Source of the DNA: Stylophora pistillata
Taxonomy: Eukaryota
Length of the DNA stretch: 64,000 bases
Assembly (NCBI RefSeq): GCF_002571385.2
Contig: NW_019218098.1
Location: 286,137-350,136, forward strand
Direction: 5' to 3'
The number at the start of each line of letters is the position of its first letter. The stretch's first letter is position 1. The translations under genes were made by a program, and so were the position numbers. Below, in pieces: positions 1-12,419 of this stretch. The notes under the pieces are model-generated. The model was not told where the DNA came from. It saw only the letters and a list, made by a program, of their open reading frames with translations, and ran no database searches.

Positions 1-32
1 TGCATCCCTACAGACCTGTTTCGTGGTTGCCC

Positions 33-83
33 ATGCATCCCCTGATGAGTGGGCAACCACGAAACAGGTCTGCAGGGATGCAT
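33..83 (+). ncRNA. Type I hammerhead ribozyme motif (cleavage-site variant, U16.1->C) in an intron of gene A
   Basis: Stem I ATGCATCCC (33-41) pairs with GGGATGCAT (75-83); core CTGATGA (42-48); stem II GTGG-GCAA-CCAC (49-60); GAAA (61-64); short stem III ACA-GGTC-TGC then A74. Positions 1-33 are an inverted copy of 50-82 that carries the canonical GTA triplet. Confidence 0.8.
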
Positions 84-110
84 ATGTAGTTGTTTTTTTC
101 CGACTACCAC

Positions 111-155
<45 letters not shown>
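111..155. repeat. (AT)n(GT)n compound microsatellite
   Basis: atatatat... followed by gtgtgtgt...; a second (AT)n run lies at about 256-282. Confidence 0.95.
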
Positions 156-156
<1 letters not shown>

Positions 157-447
157 GGAGGGGGGAGTAGTGTCTTCTTTTCAAACATTTATTCTATTTA
201 AGTATGCATATGATTACTTGGGGTGTACAGGGTCAGGGTTTCCCTCGTATACAGAATATATATATATATATATATGTATATATTTTAAAGTTTCTAACCA
301 CATTACACTGCACAATGATACTATGTACTAAAAAAGAACTCGCATCATTTTGTCTCGCAACAACGTTTCATCGAAGATATGACATTGTTCTGGTAATGTA
401 GACTGGATGTGGAAGTTATGAGGAAATACCTTCTTTTTCGGCCATAG

Positions 448-1188
448 ATATTGATGAATGTGCTCAGGAACTGGATGATTGTAATGACATGATAACAAAA
501 TGTGTAAACACTCCAGGATCATATAAGTGCCTCTGTCATCAGGAAAACTATGCTTGGGATGGAAACAGCTGCATTGGTAACTCATATGCTTGTAATTCTT
601 TTGTAATTCTCTCTGTATGTTTTGATCACATCACCATGTCAATCTTAAAAAATGGTCATGTTTCTTTATAAATAAACAATAAACTGGAGGAAAAATTTTA
701 AGAATCTTTTATTTTGAGGCCAATGAAAATAAAGAGTGAGATTTGGAACTAATTTTGAAACCTGCGGCCTGGTGACTCCTGGGATTCTGTGAACGAAAAT
801 TTAAATGCCCAAAGAGAAAGCTTCTCGTGTGAACGTGCAATTAATGCGCATTTTTTATTTCTACTACATAATAGCTTATTTCAACAATCTCGCTTTAATA
901 TGCATGTTAAAGTGTTGGAAATTCGTTGTTGTATTGAATTTCCTTCCCACCACAAGCAATTTACGTTGTAAAAAGTGCACATATACCTCGTTTACGAAAA
1001 AGTATTTTTTTACTAAATGTCATGTATCGAAACTAATATGATGTTGATATAACCACGTTTTTAACGTAAAATTGAAGACAAAGACGAGTGCGAGGACCCC
1101 GCCCGTTGCTCTGCCAATTCCAGTTGTACAAACTTAAATGGGTCTTACGAGTGCAATTGCTCAGCTAAAGAGTCTCATCTCTGCTATG
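448..1188 (+). CDS. Gene A calcium-binding EGF exons (448-576, 1078-1188)
   Basis: DIDECAQELDDCNDMITKCVNTPGSYKCLC... and DKDECEDPARCSANSSCTNLNGSYECNC...; symmetric phase 1-1 exons. Confidence 0.9.
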
Positions 1189-4100
1189 GTAAGTGAATAT
1201 TTTGTAAGACTGTATGTGAAAGTGGAGGTGAAACCAGAAGGCACTTTATCGATGAATATTTTTTTTGATCAAAGTTACTCAAGTTACTTCCGGTTCATAA
1301 ACTAAGAATCACGGTTTCCCCACTTACATAAACAGTTCATGATGCTCTGTGATTTGATTTTCCAGTGTCATGATAGCAGTTTTTTCTCAAAACATTGAGA
1401 TAAATAACTGTCTCTTTACTTTCTCTCTAAGGGACTTCATTGTGTGGTAGTCCACAAGTAAGAATAATTAATGTGGGGCGCACTGCTGACCAACCTATGG
1501 AATTTCAGCTCAGCTCATATTACACGTTTACAGCCAACGTTGAATTGCGATGCGCCACGATACGGACACAAAACATGTCTTGGATCATAGCAAATACGTC
1601 ATTGAACGATTTTGAAGCCCTCGCCAATGGGACTATACTGTCATCAGGATCCAAAAACTGGAAGCCTTCCAAGCAACATGCAGAATTCGCAAATGTGGTA
1701 CACACTTTGATCTTCTCTTTCACGGTGGTCCAACAGGAGGATAACGTAACAAGGACTGCATTTGACAAAGGCTTTATTCTCCTTCGTCTACCGCCATTGG
1801 TAGCGATAATCTCAGGTGAAACTGAAATAACGAAAGGAGATACGCAGATGATCGTTGTTAATGGAAGCGAGTCTTTCGACCCCATTGTTGGGCCAGGGCA
1901 TCTGGACTTGCTTACATTTTATTGGATTTGCGGACGGTCGAGCGAAAAATTCCCATCTGAGCATCCGCTTGTATTTCAAGTTGTACCAACTACTTTGAGT
2001 TCCCTTGAGCCATCACGTGGAGGCTGTTTTGGAACAGGTACTGGAAGATTGGACTCTAACGAACCATTAGTAATGCTGAACGCTTCATTATTAGAAAGTT
2101 CAAATGCAACGTATGTCTTCAAACTGTTTGTTACAAAAGACGTGAGATCTGCGAATGATGAGAAGCTGGTTGAAGTCGTGGAGGGAAACCCCCCTGAAGT
2201 GTCATTAAAGTCAGTATGTTATCAGTACATCGTATTAATTTAGCTGCTTTAGTTTAGAAGCGAGTTTTAAGGAGCACATCTCTTGAGCACGATATATCAA
2301 GCCCTATAGTAAACCGTTCTGTCAATTTTAAACATGCAAATTTGACAAAGAAGCCCTTAACTTGATCGTTGTAAGTTAGAAACACAAGCTTTATATCTAG
2401 CTCCTTTGTGCACACTGTCTATGAAGATCTGAGGTCTCGGACGCACCATCCGGGCCTTGAAAGATTGGTTGTGACCTGGAGAATCTCACCAATATGGAGT
2501 CTAAAAAAATTATATACCTTAAGTTAGATTAAAGCTTATAACTATTCCATCAACAGTTTTGTTTTAAATGACCGTTTAAATGTCATCTCAACTGCTCCAC
2601 TGACCATTTCGGCCGATTATATGGGTTACCAGTGCAACGATGATGTAGAGTATCAATGGATTCTTTACCAGGAAGACAATAATACAGGTTGGTTAAAAAC
2701 CTTTAATCAACCAGAGAGAACAAAAGTATTTTCAATTGACCCAAAGATCCTGCAAGACAATACAAAATATCGACTCGAACTGACTGTGATACTTGGAAAC
2801 GAGACTCCTTCCAAAAGCGTACAAGTTTTCAAGACTGCACTCCTTCCAAAAGAAGGCTCTTGCATTGTAACACCCAACACTGGCGAAGCAGTGTATACTT
2901 CATTTGAACTGCGTTGCTTCGGATGGTTTGCAGCTAATGAAACGTTCACATACGAAGTGCAAATCTCCGGTGAAGGCTCAATATACTATACCTATTATTA
3001 CGGTTATTCAGCCAAACAACAGTTAGTGTTACCTCAAGGAAATGCTTCTCATGGATATTGGTCGAATGTCAAAGTCTTCATCTCAAGAAGCAACGGGGCA
3101 ACTACTGAGTTGGATGTTCCTGTGAGGGTAAGGGACCTGAAGATATTTTGATTCACATTTCTACAGCTTATTTGGAATTCAATACATGCTCTACAACACG
3201 TAATTATTCTTACATGAATATTAAGAGCGATAAGTATGCGTGCGAGGGAGTGATTGGCGTAGAGACCATACGGACTGTAGCCCTATCACAAGTTTAAAGT
3301 CGTTTGATTTTTCCTGACATTTAAACTCTGCTTTTACTTCGTATGAGCCGTTCATCAGACATTCAACGCAAAGAAAGTAAGTTGGACTCAACAAAACAAC
3401 AAAAAGTAGTATGGAAATATTCTTGGTCACCTCTGGTGGAGAAGAGGTTGACTTAATATCACTACTTATTTCTAAAACAATAACTTGCTTGGATTGCTAG
3501 TGCAATATAAGTTTGTATATTTCGAAATCTTACCGACGTTGGCAATCTCGGATTAAGTGTTGATAAATATCGAGTCAGAATGCTATGTTTTGGGAACTAA
3601 ACATCGTTTCAACTCACATTAAGTTCAAATCAGACAAATAAGTATAAAACGCAAATTTTTCTCTTATAGGTCACTCCGCCCAAATCAAATGCTAGCACGG
3701 ATCTCTTTGAGCTTCTCGTTCAAAATACGAGTGCCTTTGAGGATTATCTCCTTTCAATGGATTCGCATAAGGCGTGGCAGCTAATGACAGCTATGTTGCT
3801 GACAACGGAGGCACAAGAGTTGATCGATGGTAGTAGCTCGGAAAAATCGCTTCAGCAAAGAATTGCTGTAAGTGCTCAAACCCAAAAAGTAATCTACGTG
3901 TCTTAAGATCGAAAAAGATAAGTATTTAAGATTTCGAAAGATCCAGCCAAAGACGACGTGGATAGTAGCATCGACTTTCTGTTTCACTTGGTGAATTAGA
4001 GATCCCATGTGGCTCAAATGATTTGAGTTGGGATGATGATCAATACTGAAACCATTGGACTATTTTCGTTGAAAATAAGTTGAATGCAGTCACATTTATA

Positions 4101-7100
4101 ATTTTGAAGCCTTGTAGGGTTTTTGTGCTCCTCTTGGGGAGAGGAATTTCCATTCCATTTAAGTCTAAACCAATTTCTTTTGCTTGCATCTGAAAGAAAA
4201 TACACGACAAAGAAAAGTACTCTTATGCTAAGTTGCACTTAATTGTAACTTAATCTTTAGCAAAGGGACGTTGCTCTTAGAAGACTTCAGATGAACGAGT
4301 TTAAGGATCTACCTGGTTTGGTATTCGTCTCGGCTTTCTTGGCCTCAGCGGGAAGGAATTTACCAAAGTTGTCCTACCTCAGTAAGGTAACATCATTGAG
4401 ATGATTAACATGAGTGCCTCTAGGTTTGGACTGAGTATGGAAATCGTTTCTTTTTAGTCTTCAGACAATTAATCTCGATGATCTTCAAGAAACGGATATT
4501 CTTAATGAGATCTTTGCAATACCAAAAGTAGTAACGTTGAAGTTCATGGGACGCCTAAAGTTAAGGTGAAATCGGTGTCAGTTCAGGCTTCGAAACTTTA
4601 CTGACTACATATACCACCAACTGAACTAGAAAGCTACATGTTAGCTAATCTTGTGGTCCTTGTCTAAGAATCTTATGAACAAAAGAAACTTCATGAGTTT
4701 ATTATGTCACATTCATTTACAGAGGTATCTGCCACAGATTTTTGGAAACATGAGTGATACTATACTTAACAAAGCCAGTAATTTGAACGCAAATGATGAA
4801 AGATATATTTCTCAAGGAGTATATAACATGTTGTTTGGGACAGTGGAACTGCTTATGGTTTCTGCAGAGGAAGCTAAAGTAACTAAGGAAAGTGGTCTCT
4901 CTGCCGCTAACCGTAGTCAGGTAGGTCAAAGTCCATCAGGTCATTTTTTCCAGAAAGAAGCAGCGCTGTTGTTGTACCGTAAACGAGAACTGAAAGTTAC
5001 ATCAGAAGCAATGTAATGAACTGTAGGGTTTCTTACCACACAGCCCTTCTTTTTATTACCATTTCCATCGCCACATCCATTACGACTCAATAAAATCTAG
5101 TCCTAGGTGGTATACTGTATGAGACTTCTCAACTTTGCTCGACTAGGAAATGGAAATCGTCCTGAAATCAATCCACATCATCAGGACCTTGCTCAGGACT
5201 CTGACGACAAGATTAGCGGTTTCGCAGTCTCCGAGAAGTATGCAGGTGATGGGTTTGGATTTCACGGCGGGTCGCGAAACCTCCTGTGGACTTGAGTCAA
5301 AAACTTTGAACGGGTCAGAAGGCGAGGGTTTTGTACTTCCACCCAACATGAGGAAGGCATTTGGGGAAATAGACTTAGATTCAATTGACTTTCAGGTGAG
5401 TTTTATAATGAGCTTGCGCTTTATTTCCCTCGCTTTCCAACAAATATCTTTTGTCTCCTAACTTTCGATTCCACTTTTCTTTTGTTCTCTTCTCACTCTC
5501 GTCTACCATTACGTTTCTTCTCCCTTATAAATTCCTCTATGCCTCTTTTCTGGTCACCTGTTTCATTTGAAATTTATATCTTTCTCTAACAGCTTATTCA
5601 TACCAAGTTCAATCCATATCTGTGGCATCAAACTCACCAAGAAGTGAGGTCAGAAATACTGAGCCTCGAGTTTAGTGACGATAACGGAAATGTATTCCCT
5701 GTTGGAGGAGATGACGTCGACATCGATATCGACATCAAAATACCCCTCCTTTCCGGCAACGCGTCTTCAAATAATTTTTTCATCAGACCACTCACCATGC
5801 GATACCATATCGTCGCGCTTGATGACATTTCTGATTCCATCATCCTCGAAGTTAAACCAATCAACAGAAGTCTAATGATGGTGGTGTATGTTAAACATGG
5901 AGGGCGACCAACTTTGAACGACTTTGATTTTTACGCTGTTATTCCTGATTACTCTTCCTGCCGTTATGATGCTCTCAATGGTAATTTGGTCCTTAAGTGT
6001 GTCACAAGTCCATACGAAGTCATGTCTACTAGAGATTTTAACCAGACGGGTCTATACTATGTCGGCGTGTTGTATATTGAAAAGAGTCAGCTAAATCACA
6101 CCCGAACTAGACGGTCATGCTTCGGAAGAAAGAGACAGAGAAGGGACTGTGTTGAGCCAAAGCCTCCTCCAGTGAGAGGGATTGAGTACAATAGAACATT
6201 AACCTATAATCCCGCTACTGATCAGAACTACAGTGTCAAAGTTCAGAAATACAGCTGTTATTATTTCTCTTTGACACAAAACAGGTGGAGTAAGGACGGC
6301 TGCAAGGTTAGAATGAGAATAAATAGAGCACTAAAACACCTCTGTACAGTCTAACAACATCCCGGTTATACGGTCACAACTTACAAAACATTTTAAGCAA
6401 TATTCACATTACTTGAATAAATTTCACAACATTAAATTTATAGTGAACACTCAGTCATGCCGATCTATTCCATGATGAATGCATACTTTAAGATACGACA
6501 CTACAACCTCTTCTACATTTAATCATCTATAATTTAGCCTTATTCTTATCCAGTCCAGTTAAGACCAATATAAGACCTTCAATCAGCGACAAAGTGGTTG
6601 ACAAATTGACCTTTTCAACCCCTTTTTACTTCTATTTATCACTTTTGCCCTCTTTAAGTTAACCTAATCGACCCCTCCCCCCCCTCCCCCCCGAAACAGT
6701 GTTGTATCGTGACTCCATGAACTTTTAGCCAACAGTGAATAGGAGAGGGATGGGGCTGTTAATGATTTATAGTGAGGTAGAAACAAGAATGTTATTCTTC
6801 ACATAAAAAGAACTCTCCCGACATGATGTGTCAACCAATTTGTACGCTGATTTTCGATATCATGGCATTTTGCTCCATGGGCTAGCTTCATCAATAGTGA
6901 TTGGACTAGATTGCTTTATGAATTAGCCATAACGGCACAGCTCTTAGAAGTGGATAAATTATAACACCGTGAGGTAATATGAAAATAGAATACTGAGCAT
7001 GATGCAGGAAAAATTTCTAAAATGTTTGAATTTCCAGGCTACTCGCTAGCCAAAGCTTTCCAAAATAATGAAGAGCATTGGACCCTGCCAAACCTACAAT

Positions 7101-10100
7101 TCGACACATTTAGTGGGGAGAACTAGGGTAATTTTAAAAATGTTTTTGTTTCTCTGGACATAAAACATAGAACGTTATTTCTTGTCCTATTTAGGTCGGT
7201 GATGAGACGAACGAACAACTACTTCACTGTAGGTGTAACCACCTTACTGCGTTCGCCGGTGGTTTCCTCATTGCACCAAATCCAATTGATTTCGACAAAG
7301 TCTTTGTAGAGTTTACTAGACTCGGTGAAACAGGAAATTATGTGGTGCTTTCAACTGTCTGCGCCATTTTTGGTGTGTATTTGTTGGTGATTATTTGGGC
7401 GAGAAAAGCAGATATGTTAGATGAAAGAAAGGTACGTTGACTATTTGCATTTATAAAATGACTCGAATGCTACAAACGCCCTGATTGCTGAGAATCCTAC
7501 CATTTAATGCCCTGGTAGACTCATAGGAAAAATTTTAACATACTTTGTTTCGTCTTAAATCTATATATTTAAAAAAACAATAGACCGGACTTTGTACTGG
7601 TTTACCAACGTAATAACCCACTTGGGGACGTTGAGAAAACACTAGAAAAGTTTAAAAAATTACTCACCTCTGGCCCGTAATTTACAAACTTTCTAGTGTT
7701 CTTCCAACATCCCGCGCGGAATGAGTTATTTCCCGGTTAACCGATGGAAACTGCGGATTATTGCTATAACGTGTTGATACTGACAACTTTCCTTCAAATT
7801 CGATGGACCTTGCACATTGGAAGTTGTGTAAGAATATTGGAAATCACAATAATTTGTTTTACAATTTTAATAACTAATTATTTTATAGATTTCTCTGGAA
7901 TTGCTTAGAGATACGTAATTGACCGTCGTCTAATAGCATAATGATAAATTTTTCTTGGCAGTTGGGTCCAACTGTGAATATAAAATCCAACGCGAACAGC
8001 GCACACAAATATGATGTGACCATAATTACCGGTGTGTGGAGACAAGCTGGCACATCCTCAAGCGTGTTTGCTAAATTCTACGGAACTGAAAATTGTACTA
8101 AGGATGTCAACTTGACTGGCAACGGTCCACCAGGAAGAAAACTGTTTGCAAGAGGCAGTATCGATAGGTTCGTCCTTCACTGTGACAGTCCGCTCGGAAG
8201 TGTGTTTAAAGTTGAAATGTGGCATGATAACAGTGGAAAAAATTCTTCTTGGTTCCTGGATCAAGTTCACATCGTTGAAAGAAGTACAGGAGAAAAGTGG
8301 GATTTCTTTCATCATAATTGGCTGGCACTTCACAAAGGTAATGGAACAACTACTGTGACTCTCATGTCCCATGATAATGGTCAGCACAGCCCAGGGTTTA
8401 AAAGTATGTTTCACTCATTGGCTGCAGCAGAGCTGGCCGATTATCACATCTGGGCTTCCGTCGTTGCCAGACCACCACGCAATTCCTTCACACGCGTTCA
8501 GCGTGCCTCTTGTTGCCTTTCTTTTCTGTATTTGGCAATGGTATGTAACGCTATGTTCTATCTTGTGGTTGGTGGTTCCGAGGAGTTGATCCAGATAGGA
8601 CCACTGCAAATGTCCCTCCGCCAGCTAGTTATTGGAATTGAAAGTACGTTGATAGTTACGCCAGTGAGTGTTCTTATAACTGCATTATTCCGCTTCAGGA
8701 AGGCAAAAACGAACGGAGAGAGTGAAGAAAGCGACTCAAATAACAATCCTTCTGAGATGTCCTATGTCAAAAACAAAAAGAAACAATTTTTACTTCCTCA
8801 TACCTTCGTATATCCCGCCTGGTTTCTCTGTATCGCAACAGCAGCCACGGCTGCCTCGTTTACAGTTTTTTACAGCCTTCAATGGGGTAAAGAAATTGCT
8901 GATCAATGGCTAGCTTCGGTCGTGGTATCCTGTGTTGAAGATGTTTTTATCTGGCAGCCTAGTAAAGTCCTGGTATTAGCTTTGTTACTGATTCTAATTT
9001 TTCAAAGACCTAAGCCGCCCGATGAAACTGGAAATTGCGATGGTACATCATTTTCAGAGGAGATACAGGAGCAACGTGCCTATGAATTACGGAAGGCGAA
9101 ATTTTTTAGATTTGCACGTCAATTTATGGCTTTTTTGGCCTTCTATCTCCTTTTGATGATGGTAGCTTATGGAGACAAGGGTCATCATAGGTACCTGATG
9201 ACAAAAGCCACCCGTGACGGTTTCGCTTATTTTTACAAGGTTTGTGAAAACTGCATTTTAACAGTAACGAATTTTCGGATACTTTCTTTGCAATCACCTT
9301 CCACCAGGCTGCATCAGAAAAGAAATTATTTGGTGATGCTTCAACCCATTGATAGCACCGATGACAGTCCAAACTGAGTTTATCGACAAAAACTGACATA
9401 TCAAATTCTGGAAGTTTTTCTATGCCAGTGAAATAAATTCGCGGGCTAACGTTTTTTCCGCTAAAAAATTGAAAATTTTAAGTTTACGGAAACTGTCGCT
9501 TTTCCTCCTTCTTTACTTGTACTTTTGATATGCTGTGAGAGCTGGATGAAAGAAAAAAAATGATAAACATCAACAATTTAATGCAATTCGTAATACATCA
9601 AATGCCACTGGTTATTTTTGTTGTTTGTAGGTAAATACGGGCGACAAAATGTGGGATTACATGTTGGGGAAGTTCATCCATGACTCTTACGCCGGTGATT
9701 GGTACAATGGCCAGTTTGAGCCGACGACAGAGTACATTGGCAACAAAGCTTCTATGCTCATTGGAATGCCTCGCCTTCGACAGTTAAGGATAGAAGAAGG
9801 TATCAGTCGATGTCATCTTTTTTTTTTTTTTCATGTTTGTAAAGAGAAGAATAGAACTATTTTTACACGAGGACTCTGTTAAAACGATCGAATAGTATAA
9901 CCTTGCCAAATAAACACAATGGCTGTAAGTTGTAAAGCGAGAAGAAGAGAAAAATATTTCCCTGGTACATTTATTTAGGACTAAGATAGAGCTCATTTAT
10001 ATTTGATTTATTTTGCTAAACGTCTTCCACTATGTTCATCTCCTGCAGTTGGTAACTAATATTTGGTCTCTAATTGATTTATTTTAACAAATAGAATCAT

Positions 10101-11335
10101 GCAGCGTTGTGAAAGAGCTTAGGGAGATGATTTACAAATGCTACGACTTTTACTCGATGTCAGAGGAGGATACAACTCGTCTTTATCTTCCTCACTGGGT
10201 TCATTTGTCAGATTCTCAGCTTAGCTGGAACAATCTATCACAACTTTGTCCCAGACCTTGGCGTTATTCAACCGCAGAGGAGCTCAATAATTTTCCATCG
10301 TGGGCTCAACATCACATATATGGCGGTGGGGGATATGTTCTCGATCTGGGATACGATAAACCGACTGCCATCCGTATGATGGAGGCTGTGAAAGAGAAGG
10401 ACTGGATTGATAGAAGAACAAGGGCGATTCTCCTTGAATTTCAAGTCTTAAACTTAAACACTAATTTAATGAGCATTATCACTTACCATTATGAAGTTCT
10501 TCCTCTCGGATTTGGGCTTACTTACGAAAGGATCGACACCATTAAATTGTTTAATTTTGAAAGTATATCCTATAGCTTTTACCTAATGTGCCAGCTGATA
10601 TTTATTTTTATGGTACTAGTGTATATCACGATACTTTTAATCAGACTTTGTCGCGAAGGGGGCGCATTTTTTAAGCGTATATCGAACTGGATAGATGTTG
10701 GTCAAATTGTGAGTGCCTTGCTTGCAGTTGTGTTTTACGTTATGAAAGCTAAGTTTATGCATGACAGTATTCAAGAAGTGCAAAGGAATCCATTTGTGAC
10801 TGTAAGCTTTCAGTTTGCAATTTTTTGGACTGAGATGGAGAATACTGCTCTTTCATTTGCTTTATTCATTGCTACTTTCAAAATTCTTCACTTCATTCGA
10901 CTTAATCCACAGGTTCAAATACTAGCGTGGACTTTGGCCATTGCGAAACATGACATTTACTCAATCAGCGTTCTCTTCGGAATACTCTTTATAGCACACG
11001 GGCATTTTGCTTACATAGTTTTTGGTAGTTCAGTGTTTTCATTTTCATCGTTCATTCGCGCATTCGCTTCTGAATTTGAACTAGCACTTGGGAACACCTT
11101 TCACGTTGTCCAACTCGATGATGTCAATAGAATCTTTGGTAATCTCTTCACAGCCAGTTTTATGGTCACCCTTGCAATTCTTCTGGTCAATATTTTTGTT
11201 TCTATTCTTGATATCAATTTACACGATGTAAAGGACGACGAAGAGAAGCTTGAAGAAGCATATGGTATGGCAGAATTTATCAAAACGCTTTTATTTGGCC
11301 TGGATCGTAAGAAAGAGGAAGATACTGGGTTGTAA
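448..11335 (+). CDS. Gene A: polycystin-1-like (PKD1L/REJ-type) 11-TM protein, 5'-incomplete; cbEGF x2 - REJ - GAIN/GPS - TM1 - PLAT - TOP - cation channel
   Basis: 13 GT-AG exons with consistent phases: 448-576, 1078-1188, 1432-2209, 2557-3127, 3670-3867, 4261-4386, 4723-4920, 5147-5395, 5593-6306, 7195-7431, 7962-9239, 9631-9799, 10095-11335 (5999 nt, about 2000 codons, no internal stop). Motifs: DIDEC/DKDEC EGF, GSESFDP (REJ), WSKDGC...CRCNHLTAF (GPS), WHDNSG..SWFLD (PLAT), FTRVQR, PRLRQLR, YGGGGY, WIDRRTRA, LLVNIFVSIL (S6). Confidence 0.93.
6581..6852. mobile_element. MITE-like element with imperfect terminal inverted repeats
   Basis: Left end AATCAGCGACAAAGTGGTTGACA; right end TGTCAACCAATTTGTACGCTGATT is its near reverse complement; non-coding interior. 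Confidence 0.65.
7195..7431 (+). CDS. Gene A GPS autoproteolysis site plus TM1 exon
   Basis: VGDETNEQLLHCRCNHL/TAFAGGFLIAPNPIDF...VVLSTVCAIFGVYLLVIIWARKAD; not in the ORF track; ttag/gtac splice sites. Confidence 0.92.
7570..7770. mobile_element. Palindromic MITE-like element
   Basis: Imperfect inverted arms (gttgagaaaacactagaaaagttt / aaactttctagtgttcttccaac; aacaatagaccg / cggattattgct) in gene A intron. Confidence 0.55.
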
Positions 11336-12419
11336 ATTTTCCATCAGAATTCAGGGACGGACGCTTTTCTGAGAAGGGAGGGGATGGGAAAAGGTTTTAA
11401 GAGCAGCATGGAAACCCTTCTTCCCCAGCGGTATCTTCCTGTAAACTTCTTATCTGAAGGCTGCCAAGTCGACTTCAGTTGAAAACGCTACTGAGGATCC
11501 CCTTTTTCTGAGTATGCTCCAGTAAGAAACTTACATATATCATTGAAAAGTGTTTGTGTGCGCCTACAAAGGAATTTATGTAGGATTTTATTTGTGGCAA
11601 GCACTATTAATTTTAAGGATTTAGCATTTCCAATCTTCTAAATGTATTAGCCCGTCCCTGACTGATCATGAGTGAGTTTATGACAGAGTTATAGAAAGTT
11701 TTTCCAGCTATTGGAGGTCCAAGCTCACACTATATTTTATGACATTTGTGTCCTCTGGCACAGTCATGTAACAGTCCATTTCGTCATATACCGTTAACAT
11801 ATGTTGGATTTCACAGTCAATTGCTGGCAAAAAATGTCAAAACGTCGTTGACTCATATTTAGAATTAATGAATGGATTTCATGAGAACACTGACAAAGTA
11901 AATTATTTGTTAAGCTTTTCTTGTTTATTGATATTAAAAAAGAATGTTAAGTTATAATGTCATTTCAACGTTATCATTTAACCAGTTATCAATCTTTAAT
12001 TCTTAGTTGTAGGATACATCAGCTGAATTATTACCCAAGAATTGAATCATAGTATTAAAATAAAGTCGTGATTTACAGAAGATATTTGTTACTAAAATCC
12101 GTTGTTTGGTTTTAGGAGATGAGATCGGTGAAAGCTAAATTTACTAACAAAAAGAGCTTCCACCGGGAGTGAAACGATGGTAATTTTACACTTTACTCGC
12201 ATCATCGCTGCCTATAGTCGAACCTCAATCTCCGTGACACACTTCCAAGGGATACTTCCAGCAAGTTGGCAAATTTCATCTACGAGTAGCCATATTGAAA
12301 GACGAGGAATGTTACCTGTTCCTAAGATTTCTTGCACAATGCGTCTCTATATTCCGCAAGCTTACTAAAAACATAAAATTGAAGCCTATCCTTATATACA
12401 ATAGAGTAGACTTTCTATT

